A stretch of 64,000 nt of DNA, taken from contig NC_058368.1 of assembly GCF_018350175.1 (NCBI RefSeq), positions 43,278,001-43,342,000 of the forward strand, given 5' to 3'. This stretch comes from Felis catus (taxonomy: Eukaryota). The position numbers and the translations under genes are program-made. Positions 25,585 through 38,896 of the stretch are shown here, in pieces. The stretch's first letter is position 1; every line of letters begins with the position of its first letter. The notes beneath the pieces were generated by a model, which was given only the letters and a program-made list of their open reading frames with translations, was not told the origin of the DNA and searched no databases.

Positions 25585-26827
25585 AAAGTAAGCAAGCAGA
25601 AGAGAGTAATGGGGAACAGCTAATTATGAAAGAATTTTAAGATGACTGAGGAGGTGATATTGGAACAGTGGCAAAGAGGTGAGTATTTTAAAAGTATTCC
25701 AAAGAGTGGCCGAAGTTTCTTGGCAGGGAAAAAAGAAAAGATTTTCTTCCCTAATGTTCCCCTTTTAACTCTTCATTCTCAACATTGTCCTAAAACACCT
25801 GGAAAAATTAAGTAGTTTCTCTAGTTTTCTCTTTTATATCCTGGGACTAGTGGACAGCCCTGATCATAGAGGCTTCTACTCTCTAGCTCTTCAGCTCTGT
25901 AAGATGGCTCCATATTGAAACGTATCAAAACATGAAGATAACTCTCACCATTGTTATTTAACACAGTACTGGAAGTCCTAGCCACAGCAATCAGACAATG
26001 CAAAATAAAAAGCCATCCAAATAGGCAAGAGAGAAGTCAAACTTTAACCATTTGCAGATGACATGATACTCTATATAGAAAACACAAAAGACTCCACTGA
26101 AAAATAGCTAGAACTGACACACAAATTCAGTGAAGCTGTTGGATACAAAATCAACATTCAGAAATTTGTTGTATTTATATACACAAATATTGAAGCAGAA
26201 GAGAAATCAAGGAATCAATCTCATTTACAACTGCACCAAAACGCATAGGATGCCCATGGGAATAAAACTAAATAAGGAGATAAAAAGATCTGTACTCTAA
26301 AAACTATAAAACCCTGATGAAAGAAATTGAAGAGGACACAGATATGGAAAGACATTCCATGCTTATTGGAAGAACATATATTGTGAAAATGTGTATATTA
26401 CCCAAAGCAATTTACACATTTATTGCAATCTCTATGAAAATACCACCAGTATTTTTCACAGAGCTAGCACAAACAATCTTAAAATTTGCATGGAAACACA
26501 AAAGACCCTGAATAACCGAAGCAATTTTGAAAAAAAAAAAAAAGCAAAGCCAGAGGCATCACAATTCTCAACTTCAAATTACATTACAAGGCTATATTGA
26601 TCAAAATAGTATGGTACTGCTACAAAAATAGACACATAGATCAACAGAACAGAACAGAAAACCCAGAAATGAACCCACAACTATATGGTCAATTAACCTT
26701 TGATAAATCAGGAAAGAATATTCAATGGAGAAAAGACAGTCTGTTCAACAAACGGTGTTGGGAGGCATGCTAAATAAATAAATAAATAAATAAACAAACA
26801 GAAAAAAAGAAAGAAAAAAAGAAAACT

Positions 26828-29800
26828 TGGGGGGGGGGGGAGCCAAGATGGCGGAACAGCATGGAAGCTTTTTGTGTGTCTCGTGTCCATGAAATACAGC
26901 CAGACCAACACTAAACCATCCTACACACCTTGAAAACTGATTGGAAGAATAACACAACAATCTGCACACCCTGAACCACAGAATTCAGCAGGTATGTGAC
27001 ACGAAGAGCTGAACTTGGGGAGCAAGAAGCCTGGAAAGATAGGCACCCCTCTTGTGGGCAGAGAGAGGATGGAGACTGGGGGGGGGAGCATACGGGAAAA
27101 GCACCCCTCCTCAAAAGCAGCTGGAAAGAAAGTGGAAAATTGGAAACAGCCACAGGGACTAAACTAAAAAGGGAGAAAGGAGAAAGGAGAGGGTTTAAAT
27201 TCCATTAAGACTGTAAACAAGGGGAGCGCAAAGGCTGCGACTCCACAACTCGATACCTGGCGGTGCTCTGGTGGGAAAGGTGAATCCCCAGGAACAGAGT
27301 GGGGTCTGGGAGGTTCTCGGGCCACACGGGGAAAGCAGTTCCACTGCTGGAAGGACATTTGGTAGAGACTGTTGAAGCCACCTGGTCCCAGCAGATCCCG
27401 GAAGGCAGCCACATTCGCTGGTGCTGACGCAAGGTTGTTGAGGGTGAAGCCTGGTGCCAGATGTGTGTTGTGACTTTCCATGGTCCCTGAAACGCTGAGG
27501 CTACACTGTCTCGTGATCTTTTTTGGGGGCAGGCTGGCACCTGGCCGCAGTCTCGGGGCACTGGCAGCAGCAGGGTCCAGCAAGCATTCCTGGGTGCAGC
27601 CAACATTCGGCCATTGCTCAGTGAGACCCTCCTGCAGAGCAGTGGAGCCGGTCAAAGCCACAATCCTTCAGAAGTAAGGGGCTGGGGAAAACAGCCACAT
27701 CTGAGACAAAACTTGGGAAAGAGGTACTGCCTGGGGCCTGATCACGTAGAGTGGAAAAGCGGGGAGTAGACGAGAGCTGAAGACGGAGGACTGGTGCGCG
27801 ATTGCTGATCTGGGAGAACAGACTGGGTGGCTGGGTGGCACCATTTTTCACCGCTCCTGCACATGCGCATGCACACCAAGAAGCACCACAACTATCCACC
27901 CCAGTAGGCTAGCAGCACCATCTAGTGGAGAGTGGAGCTGTTACACCGAGCCCCGCCCAACTGGGCCAACTTCACTCTTCAAGAACACAAGTCTCACCAC
28001 CAGCTTAATTTATAGATGATAAAGAGCTACATGGACTGACCTCTAGGGGAAAATGAAGCATTTTCATTCCTACTTCAATCTGATAGCAGGTTCATCTTTT
28101 CAATTTTTCTTTTTCCTTTTTCTCTTTTACAATTCTTTTCTTTTTCTTGAATACATAAAGAGAAAAATACTCATTTTTATTTTCAACTTTTTATTAAAAA
28201 TATGTCTTTAATTTTTATTACTATATTTTTTACTTTTGTGTAATTGTTTTGAAATTCTACTTTACTTCCATCATTTTATTTTAGTCTACTTCAGTGTACT
28301 CACCTTTTCAAATTTTCAAACAATTTCCTTTTTTCTTTCTTTTTCTTTTTTTCTCTTTTTCATTTCTTTTTCTTGAATGCAGAAAGAGAAAAACTTCATT
28401 TTTACTTTCATTTTCTTTTAAAAATATTTTTATTTAATTTTTATTACTATATTTTTTGCTTTTATGTAATTTTTTTGAAATTCTGTCTTACTCCCATCAT
28501 TTTATTTCAGTCTACTACAGTGTATTCACTTTTCAAATTTTCAAATGATTTCTATTTTGTCTTATATTTTTTCTTTTTTATCTTCTTTTTCATTTCTTTT
28601 TTTTCTTAAATACAGAAAACAAAAAAATTCATATTTCTTTTTGTTATTAAAATATTTTTCTATAATTTTTTTCTACTATATTCTCTACTTTTGTGTATTT
28701 TAGTCTACCTTAGTGTATTCATTTTTTCAAATTCTCAACTGATTTCCTTTATTTCTCTTCCCCCCTTTGTTTTGTTTTGTTTTGTTTTGTTTGTTTCTCT
28801 AATCTGTCAAACCACTTTCTACACCCAGACCAAAACACATCTAGGATCTAGCATCATCTTTCGATTTTTGTGTGTGTGTGTTTTTAATGTTTAATTTTAA
28901 TATTTTTTTAATTTTAATTTTTTTAATTTCAAATTTTCTACCTCATTAATTCATTTTCTCCCTTCAAAATGACAAAACGAAGGAATTCACCCCAAAAGAA
29001 AGAGCAGGAACAAACGACAGCCAGGGACTTAACCAACACAGATACAAGCAAGATGTCTGAACCAGAATTTAGAGTCAGGATATAAGAATACTAGCTGAAG
29101 ACGAAAATAGATTAGAATCCCTAACTGCAGAGATAAAAGAAGTAAAAAATAGAATGAAATTAAAAAATGCTATAACTGAGCTGTAACCATGGATGGATGC
29201 AGTGGCAGCAAGGATGGAAAAGGCAGAACAGAGAATCAATGATATAGAGGACAAACTTATAGAGAATAACGAAGCAGAAAAAAAGAGGCAGATTAAGGCA
29301 AAAGAGCATGATTTAAGATTTAGAGAAATCAGTGACTCATTAAAAAGGAACAACATCAGAATCATAGGGGTCCCAGAAGAAGAAGAGAGAGAAATAGGGG
29401 TAGAAGGGTTATGTGAGCAAATCATAGCAGAAAACTTTCCTAACCGGGGGAAAGACACAGTCATCAAAATCCAGGAAACACAGAGGATTCCCATTAGATC
29501 AACAAAAACTGACCACCAACAAGGCATATCATAGTCAAATGCACAAAATACTCAGGCAAAGAGAGAATCATGAAAGCAGCAAGGGAAAAGAAGTCCCTAA
29601 CCTACAAGGGAAGACAGATCAGGTTTATAGGAGACCTATCCACAGAACTTGGCAGGCCAGAAAGGAGTGGCAGGATATATTCAATGTGATGAATCAGAAA
29701 AATATGCATCCAAGAATTCTTTATCCAGCAAGGTTGTCATTCAAAATAGGAGAGATAAAAAGTTTCCCAGACAAACAAAAATTAAAAAACTAAACCAGCC

Positions 29801-30201
29801 CTGCAAGAAATTTTAAGGGGGACTCTCTGAGGGGAGAAAAGATGAAAATATAAATACATACATACATACATACATACATACATACCAAAAGCAACAAAGA
29901 TTAGAAAGGACCAAAGAACACTACCAGAAACTCCAACTCTACAAGCAACAAAATGGCAATAAATTCAAATCTCTCAGTACTCACTGTAAATGTCAATGGA
30001 CTCAATGCTCCAATCAAAAGACATAGGGTAACAGAATGGATAGAGAAACAAGACCCATCTGTATGTTGTTTACAAGAAACCCACTTTAGATCTAAAGACA
30101 CCTTCAGATTGAAAATAAGGGGATGGAGAACCATCTATCATGCTAATGGTCAACAAAAGAAAGCTGGAGTAGCCATATTTATATCAGACAATCTAGACTT
30201 T
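26828..30201 (+). mobile_element. Carnivore L1, 5'-intact and 3'-truncated: 5'UTR, disrupted ORF1 (28969 to ~29830), start of ORF2 endonuclease (29953-30201)
   Basis: G-run+agccaagatggcg 5' end; ORF1 MTKRRNSPQKKEQE; ORF2 TVNVNGLNAPIKR..CCLQETH; TSD aaaaaagaaaact 26815-26827 and 30202-30214. Confidence 0.92.
28090..28760 (+). repeat. About three copies of a ~230-bp T-rich tandem repeat in the L1 5'UTR
   Basis: ttttctt(g/a)aat(a/g)ca(t/g)aaa recurs at ~28142, 28368, 28601. Confidence 0.8.
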
Positions 30202-30866
30202 AAAAAAGAAAACTGGATGGATTTCTTACACCATACACAAAAATAAATTCAAAATGGATGATAGAACTAAATGTGAGATAGGAAATCATTAAAATCTTAG
30301 AGGAGAATAGAGGTAGTAACTTCTTTGACATCAGCTGTAGCAACTTCTTACTAGATATGTCTGCTGAAGCAAGGGAAACAAAAGCAAAAATAAACCATTG
30401 GGACTACATCAAATAGAAAGCTTCTGCACAACAAAAGAAACAACCAACAAGGCAAGTTACTGAATGGAAGAATATATTTGCAAATGATATATCTGATAAA
30501 AGGTTAGTATCCAAAATATATAAAAAAACTTATAAAACTGTATACTCAAAAAGCAAATAATTCTGCTAAGAAATTGGCAGAGTACATGAATAGATACTTT
30601 TCCAAAGAAGACATTCAGATAGCCAACATATACATGAAAAGATGCTCAGCATCATTCATCATCAGGGAAATACAAATCAAAACTACAATGAGATATCACC
30701 TAATACCAGTCAGAATGGCTAAAATTAACAGCACAGGAAAGAACAGATGTTGGTGAGGATGTAGAGAAAGGGGGATCCTCTTGCACTGTTGGTGGGATTA
30801 CAAACTGATGTAGTCATTCTGGAAAACAGTCAGAGGTTCCTCAACAAGTTAAAAATAGACCTACTT

Positions 30867-31110
30867 GGGGCACCTAGGTGGCTCAGTCAGTTGAGACTTT
30901 GGCTCAGGTCGTGATCTCACAGCTCCTGAGTTTGAGCTCTTCATCGCGCTCTGTGCTGACAGCTCAGAGCCTAGAGCCTTCTTTGGATTCTGTTTCCATC
31001 TCTCTCTGCCCCTCCCTGCTTGTGCTCTGTCTCACTCTCTTTCTCTCAAAATAAATAAATAAACAAATAAATAAATACAAAACTAAATTAAAATTAAAGT
31101 TAAAAAATAA
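30867..31110 (+). mobile_element. Can-SINE inside L1
   Basis: ggggcacctaggtggctcagtc head, (TAAA)n tail. Confidence 0.93.
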
Positions 31111-32245
31111 AGTAAAATCTTCTTATAGTAGTCTATAATACCCAACAATCTAGTAATTGCTCTACTAGGTATTTACCCAAAGGATACAAAAATACTGATT
31201 CAAAGGGATAGATGTCCCCTGATGGTTGTTGCAGCATTGTCAATGATAGCCAATTATGGAAACAGCCAAAATGTTTATCAACTATGAATGGATAAAGAAG
31301 AGGTGATATATACATACAATGGAATATTACTCAGCCATCAAAAAGAATGGAATCTTGCCTTTTGCAATGATGTGGATGGAGCTAGAGTTATCATGCTAAG
31401 TGAAATAAGTTAGTCAGAGAAAGACAAATACCATATGATTTAACTCACATATGGAACTTAAGAAACAACACAACCAAACATGGGGGGGGGCGGTGGGGAA
31501 TGAGAGGCAAACCAAGAAATAAATTCTTAACTATATAGAACAAACTGATGGTTACTGGAGGGGAGGTGTGTTGAGGAATGGGTTAAATAGGTGATGGGTA
31601 TTAAGGAGGGCACTTGTGATGAGCACTGAGTGTTGTATGTAAGTGTTGAATTACTAAATCCTATATGTGAAACTAATATTTCCCTGTATGTTAACTAACT
31701 GGAATTTAAATACAAACTTAAAAAACAAACCAGAAAACCCCAAACTAAACCAAACAAAAAGAAACAAGTAACTTTTTTATCAAATAGATGAAACTTCGTT
31801 AATTTGTACATTTAAGAATGAGATGCTTGAATATTCTCTCAAGTATGTTAAATATTTCTCATGCAATTTTATTTTCTTCTTATTAAAATGGTTTCTTTTT
31901 TTATACAAAACTAAGGGGAAAAAGTAAACTTTAGTCACAAAATTTCAGTGTAGTGTTTTATAATTTTCCCTCTCCCTCATAAACAGATACACACAATGAA
32001 GTGAATTTTCAAAAAATGACTTCTAAAGTTGAATGCCTTATAAGTAACCTGATAAATAATGGAAAAATTTCACAAGGCATAACTGTACCAATTAGTTTAT
32101 ATGACAGTTTTCTAGAATTCTTGCTTATTTGAATAGTAATAATTTTAAGTAAAAAATGTTATATATCTCTTGGAGTCTTATATTATTAATGTCAACAAAT
32201 ACACACCATATTTCACTTAAGTAAAATTTTTAAATTTAAGCAAAC

Positions 32246-32845
32246 TTTTTTTTTAATTTTTAATTTTATTTAAATATAAATTAGCAGATAGTGTAATAAT
32301 GATTTCAGGAGTAGAATTTACTGATTCATCACTTACATATAACACCCAGTGCTCATCCCAACAAATGTCCTCATTAATGCCCATCACCCATTTAGCCCAT
32401 CCCCACACCTAACACTCCATCAGCACCCCTCAGTTTGTTCTCTGCATTTAAGAGCATCTTATGGTTTGCCTCCCTCTTTGTTTTTATCTTATTTTTCCTT
32501 CCCTTCCCCTATGTTCATCTGGGTGTTTTTTCTTAAATCCCACATATGAGTGAAATCATATGATATTTACTTTTCTCTAACTTATTTAGTTTTGCATAAT
32601 ACCCTTTAGTTCCAACCATGTTGTTGCAAATGGCAAGATTTCATTCTTTTCGATCCTGAGTAATATTCCATTATATGTATACACTACCTCTATCCATTCG
32701 TCAGTTGACAGATATTTGGGCTCTTTCCACAATGTGGTTATTGTTGATAGTGCTGCTATAAACATTGGGGTGCATGTGCCCCTTTGGATCAACATTTTTG
32801 TCTCCATTGGATAAATAATAGTAGTGCAATTGCTGGGTTGTAGGG
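32246..32845 (-). mobile_element. 5'-truncated carnivore L1 3' end
   Basis: CTPMFIAAL ORF2 end; TSD ttaagcaaa 32236-32244 and 32846-32854. Confidence 0.92.
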
Positions 32846-34875
32846 TTAAGCAAAATCTTGATTAGGGTGAAAGTGGATAGTATGAACAGCAACTGATTGA
32901 AAAATTCTTAGTTGTTTTAAAAGTATTTATTAAAAAAAACTAGATTAATGAAAATGTTATGGCAGAACATAAATTAATGAAGCCTTATTTAGATGTGAGT
33001 AAACTATTCTCTTGGAAACATTGCTACTAGTATGTGAACAGACATAAATTTTGATATTACAAAATTCCTTGTTTAAAAATATCTTTAATTACACTATAAT
33101 TTAAAAACATAGAAATAATTTCCCATGAAATGGAATTTGTTCTTCACTAAAAAATGAAGAGCTATAAAATTAATTAACATTAGCTAACATTATTAAATTA
33201 CTGAGAATGATTTTTGAATTTCAGTAATTTGTTAATTTTAGTTGACATTTTTAGGCAGGTAAATGAATTAATAATTTATTAGAAGCAGTTGTGTGTATTT
33301 AAATGTAGTCTGTTGTCAAATTATTTTTCAGCAATAGTATTCTTTGTTATGTAAATATTGGGTTGATATGGCCACCAGGCAAAGAGTTTTCTCGCTGATC
33401 ATTTGACTATTTCCACCTTGTCAAGGATAAAAATCTCCAATTGTTATGCATTATCACCATTGTAGGGTATAAAATAATGGCACTGTGAAGCAAGGAGGAA
33501 GCGGTCAATATCTCATTAGTCCTGCTGAGCAAGATTTACACTGCAACACATCCTCAAGCTTCAGTCTATAAATTATGTAGAACTGTTACCCCCAGTTCAG
33601 TGACATATTTGTGGCTGCTATTTAAAAGGTAGGCAGAACAATCCTTTCATGTACAGAATTTAACTAGAGGTCTGAGTTCTAAAAAAGCAAATTCTAATAT
33701 AAACATTTTACAGACATGTTAATAGATGAAAGTAATTTTTATAAAATCATATTCTGTGAAGGTGAAAATATAGTATGTTTGTAACTTTCTTTAGGACACA
33801 TAACAAACAGAATAATATGAGATTTGAACTTATTTTTATATAAAAAAATTGATAAATATTTTTGAATACCTGGGATTGTACCCAGACCTTAAGCAGTAGC
33901 CTGTTTTTTTATTCCCCTGAGAGGACTTAAAAGTAGTAACATGGCATAAAACCCACTTTATTGAAATAACAAAGATATTTTAAAACGGCAAAATAATAGT
34001 TTTGTAAAGAAAGTACAAGAATTTATTATATATTTTTTATAAATTAGGTAGGAATTATCTCAAAGACATCATTTGGACTAAGAAATTAGTGGGGCCTGAA
34101 TTTGACTGCTAATATTGATAATCTATTAAGGGAAGTGAAGGTGGGCACATTACGTAAGCTTTCTGATGCTCAGTTCACTCCCCTAAAAAAAAATCAGGTA
34201 ACGGTAATTTTTAATATTAATTATGAACCAAAAACTTATGTAAACTTAACATATGTACTAGGATCCGTCAAAGAATATGCACCTCTAAATATATAGGCTA
34301 TTGCTATTTGATTTTTATTCTTGGTCCTAACACATGCCATCATCATTACTTATTTGTAATGACACACAATAATGTCCTTAGTGGTATCATTACTTTAATA
34401 TTTTCACCCTCATATTAATCCCACCACCATCCTATTCACAAACTTTCTCTTAATTTCTTTGATCAAGTGTTTAAGGGCTTTTAATATTTTTATATATTTT
34501 TAATAAATCTATTTTTTCTTTCCTCTACTTCCCTTCTCCAAACATACATACCTGTCAAACTATGTGACTTCTTATTTCTTAGATATTTTTTCCTCTGTAT
34601 CTTTATGCATATCATTATTAACTCATTCTGAATTACCTTTCACTGACTGATGTTCTGGCCTATAATTTCTCATCTTCCAAGAATCAATCAAATCCTGCAT
34701 ATAATTTTTACAAACCTTCATCTTTCCTCTTATGTTGTATTATGCATATTTACACAATCCACATAACATATTGGTTTATGTTGCAATTGTGTAAACTTTA
34801 CATCTACTTTCTTAAATTATAAGTGATATTATGGCCCCCAAATTGCCTTGTAACCCTAACCTCTAGTATGTATGT

Positions 34876-34877
<2 letters not shown>

Positions 34878-34921
<44 letters not shown>
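34878..34921. repeat. (TG)n microsatellite
   Basis: Perfect run. Confidence 0.98.
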
Positions 34922-34922
<1 letters not shown>

Positions 34923-34964
34923 CCACTAATATATGTATCTAACCACTAATATATATACACATAC

Positions 34965-35088
34965 TTTTTCTGGAGAGTAATATTTTGAGACTGAGCTTAT
35001 CTGAAGCATGTTTTGCTTATAGAAATGAATCAGTCCCCAAATGAAAATTAGGTAATTTGATCTGCTTTTTTTGGCATTAAACATAACA
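34965..35088 (-). pseudogene. Exon remnant CYV*CQKKQIKLPNFHLGTDSFL*AKHASDKLSLKILLSRK (124 nt, phase 0 to 1)
   Basis: atttaag acceptor, gtatgt donor, phases fit neighbours. Confidence 0.55.
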
Positions 35089-35584
35089 CTTAAATATGGA
35101 CTATATACTGCAATGTATAATAATAGTGTTATAGTCACAGTTTCCTGTAACATGACTTCTGATAATTTAGAAAGCAATTTGTAAATGCAACAGCAATAAT
35201 CTTGAAACAAGATTTTTAAATTATTTTTTTATTTACAAAAGGTTAAGTAAGATATAACTTTATTGAAACATAACTAATTTATTGAGATATAATTTTACAT
35301 ATATCTGGAATATCAAAACACACATTTATTGAAGTTATTCTATAAATGAAGGCACAGAACACCTTTACAAGACTTTATTATGAGATGATTATAAACTAAC
35401 TTTGAACTTTGAGGTTAACAACAAGTTTGCTTAAGAGTACTTAAAAGTTTTTTTTACTAATACGCAGTGAGGCAATATCACTAAAACCTTTCAGGGAAAA
35501 AGAGTTATTTTATAATTAATATATTGTGTAATCTATAATTTGAATAAGAAACAGAAAAAGAATGTGAAAATATATTTAGACTGA

Positions 35585-35740
35585 TGCCTTTTGCAAAAAG
35601 AATCTGGCAGCAACATTTTGTACCAGGTGGAGTTTATGTAGGTTCCTCTTGGGCCAGAAGCCAGTAGAGGATTGCATTAATCTAATCTTAAGATAACAAA
35701 AGCGTGAATGACCATTCCAAAGTCTAATTCAAATAGACAT
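35585..35740 (-). mobile_element. Ancient L2-clade LINE RT C-terminal fragment
   Basis: DFGMVIHAFVILRLD*CNPLLA.../KLHLVQNVAARF matches the L2 motif VIHAFVTSRLDYCN...LQLVQNAAAR. Confidence 0.8.
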
Positions 35741-37952
35741 GATTATAACCAAATAGGGGTTCCTTTATGTGAAAGTAAGATAGAGTATCTTCCCTAGTAG
35801 AATAAATAGTTTAAAACAAAATAAATCCAGGAAATAGAAAAGGCAATAATAATATTTTATAATTATTCATTTTTACCAGTAATTGAAGCATTTAGCTCAA
35901 TAAGAGAAAAAAACTTAAAAAATAAATGATATTATTAAAGATATTAAGATAAAAAAGGAGCTTCTTTCAGCTTCAATTATTTCTGTAAATATTCTTCTAC
36001 AGTCTGTAGTGAATATATATCATATACTGTAGGTAGCCTGACTGGATAAATTATGGGAATCAAACAAATACAAACTACTTACAACTGACCATTAATTTTA
36101 CTATATGATTGGAATCTAATGCCACTAGAAATACATTAAAATGTATAAAGTAAGCAATTTACTAGTGATGAACAGTTAACAATGAAATACTTGTAAAATC
36201 AAAAATCATATTTTAAAAAGCCAATCTTAGACTGAATAAAGAAGAGAATAAAAAACAGATCTATCTTGCCAATAGGAAGAGTAAAACCATGATTGCTTAT
36301 ATGTATGAGTGACATATGAGTAAATAATATGAATCAATGTTTGAATAAATAATATTAATTAATAAATAATATGAATAATATGAATTTAAATCAATGTGGT
36401 TATGTATGTTATACACTATGACCACCATCAAAAATCAAGTTACGCTCAAAGAAAACAAAAATCAACTTCAAAATAGTTGTTTCATGTTGTTGTTAACAGT
36501 GTTTGTACTTAAATAGGATTTTATATTTACAACATCTTTAGATCTTGAATTTCTATCCAGTTGAGGCTTTAATTATTATTACTTGTCAATTCATTCAAAA
36601 CAGTTTGTTTGATCTCCCTCTCTCTCTCCACACACAGACACACACAGGACATACAATTACATAATCAGTTTATCATAACTGAAAACTCTTTCTTAACTTT
36701 GATGTTTAATGTTAAGTTTATCTATAGTTCCATGAGTTTACACAAAATAAGACTGAGCTAATAGATATTAGAATGAGTAGCTAGCATTCCGAATTTATGT
36801 TAGTCTGTAGGCAGACGTCCCACACTGGGGCCATGTTGAAGGAACAGAAATGTTTATGTCCAGAGCTTTTATGAATCCTGATAATACAGATCTGTTAATA
36901 TTCCACAGAGTCCTAAATGATGTATTCATAAATAGCTGTTTGATAAACTTAGGAAATTCTCCCTTTCCTTGAGATCAAGCTGTCAAATAATGAATTATGG
37001 TCTTGGAAAACTAAGAAGTGAATTTGTTATAAAATTTGCTAAAATACCCACAATAAATGATGGTATAAAATTTCCAAATATTTACATGACGACATTAAAA
37101 AATACATACTTGATCCTTCCTTAATAAAAAATAGCCTATCCTATTCAACCATGACAAACAATAACTTCTATTTATGAAATAATCAATTTGTAAACAGGGA
37201 TTATGACATTGTGAAAACAGATTAAAATCTAATAGATGCCTGACTCCTTTATTTAGTGAAAATATCAGAGTCATTTTAATGATTCACAAAGGAATAGTTC
37301 TATACTTCCCTCTGTGAATTTTATGTGAGAGAACTTTAAGACCAAAATATGGATTATTATTAAGGCTATACTGAGGTTAGCAGTAATATACAAAGAAATA
37401 CTGAATGTAAAAATAGCTATTTTTACAGAAAATGGAGGCAGAGGAGGAGGAAGAGAAGCAAATGACCAGCTGAGTTCAAGCACATAGCTCAGTAAGAACT
37501 GCAGAAAGTTAACAAAGCAAAGTGGTTAAATTGTTCCCTCCTGGATTGTTGTAATAAATCATGAAAATAAACTAACTCTGGAGGGAAAAGTGGGTCTTTG
37601 ATCTAAACATAAGCTCAAAGTCTAAAGGGTGTAGGTGGATTATATTTTGAAAGCAAGATTAGGAGACTGTCAAGAAATAACCAAAAAACTTTTGGCAAAT
37701 ATTTAGTGTTGGCAAAAGGAGAGAAATCTTGTCTTATTACTCATATTATCGAAAGAATCGAGATTTCCTGACCCTCAAGACAGTCTCTGATACAGACATA
37801 CCATGGTATTTTCCCTAGCTTTTGTCATTAATTTTTGTACCTAAAGACCTTCAGATTTATTATTAAAAAAAAAACACTTTAGAAAAGCATAATTTTCTAG
37901 TTCAGGGAATCTTGTGTTTGAAAAATTAAGAAGTAGCAGATGATCTACTAAC

Positions 37953-38186
37953 CGCCTTCAGCACGTAAGCAGCAGAACCATCCATTTGTAGGAGCTTTAC
38001 TGGGAAGTACTACAAACTTCAGGGCTGTCATCAGTCCACATACTACCCTTCAGGCCAGAGGAAAATAATGCTTTCTTTTTTCTTTTCCACCTTCCAAATA
38101 TCATGTGAGCACATTGTTTTAACAAAATCCAAACCACAATTTTGCTGACAACACTGTCTGGAAACTGGACTCCAGTTTGCCAATGT
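37953..38186 (-). pseudogene. Exon remnant (R)HWQTGVQFPDSVVSKIVVWILLKQCAHMIFGRWKRKKKALFSSGLKGSMWTDDSPEVCSTS/PVKLLQMDGSAAYVLKA (234 nt, one frameshift; acceptor AG apparently mutated to AC)
   Basis: Polypyrimidine tract ending catac; gttagt donor; long open frame (ORF 37997-38275). Confidence 0.55.
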
Positions 38187-38896
38187 GTATGATAAAGGAA
38201 AAAAAAAATCAGGAAGACATAGATGATCACTGAGTCAAAATCAGTATCCAGAATTATTTGGTCATTAGTCAGCAATCAGAAAAAAAAATACAGCCATAAA
38301 AATTGTGACAAAATGTAGATACTGGATGTGAGCAGCAGAGAAAGAGCCAGAATTTTTTTTTTTTTTTTTGGACTAGTAGGACATATTGGCCAGTATCTGG
38401 ACGGCAAAAACTTGAGAGGTGAAGAGCACCAAAAGTAAATTTATAAGTCTCACCAAAAATACTTTTAACTATGTGAACATTTTCCTAGGACTGACTTTTA
38501 CTCTTTTCTCAGTGATTCACAAAGAGAGTAAGCACATTCATATGTAACTAGAGTATATAGTCTGATATTCAAACATATCTCTGTACAATACTGGCCAGAT
38601 ATTTTACTAAGATTGAAAAGTAATTAATAATGATCAAGTCATGTTACCATGATATGATTTATTAAGAATGAAAAAAAAATAGAAATTTAGAACTGAAATC
38701 ATCTTTAAAGATCAACTATTCTAGCCATTATACTTTAAATATAAAAACAATAAAAACAAAAAAACACTGAGTCTCAGAGAAGTTGTCTCTTGATATCACA
38801 TATCTAGTAATTAGATCTATGTCTAACAACCTTATTTCCTTATTCCTAATATTCTGCTCTCTTTATGCTACCATCTTTTGGTTATGTAGTAGGCAA

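Larger units (their letters stand above)
25940..31740 (+). mobile_element. Older 5'-truncated carnivore L1 (ORF2 RT to 3'UTR), split by a nested L1 (26828-30201) and a SINE
   Basis: FADD RT motif near 26051; ORF2 resumes at ~30215; 3'UTR and A-rich tail to ~31740. Confidence 0.9.

Noticed and set aside
26996..27899. Several 65-165 aa ORFs in GC-rich DNA, CpG-island-like
   Set aside because: All lie in the L1 5'UTR
28969..30246. L1 ORF1/ORF2 as functional CDS
   Set aside because: Frameshifted, interrupted and truncated
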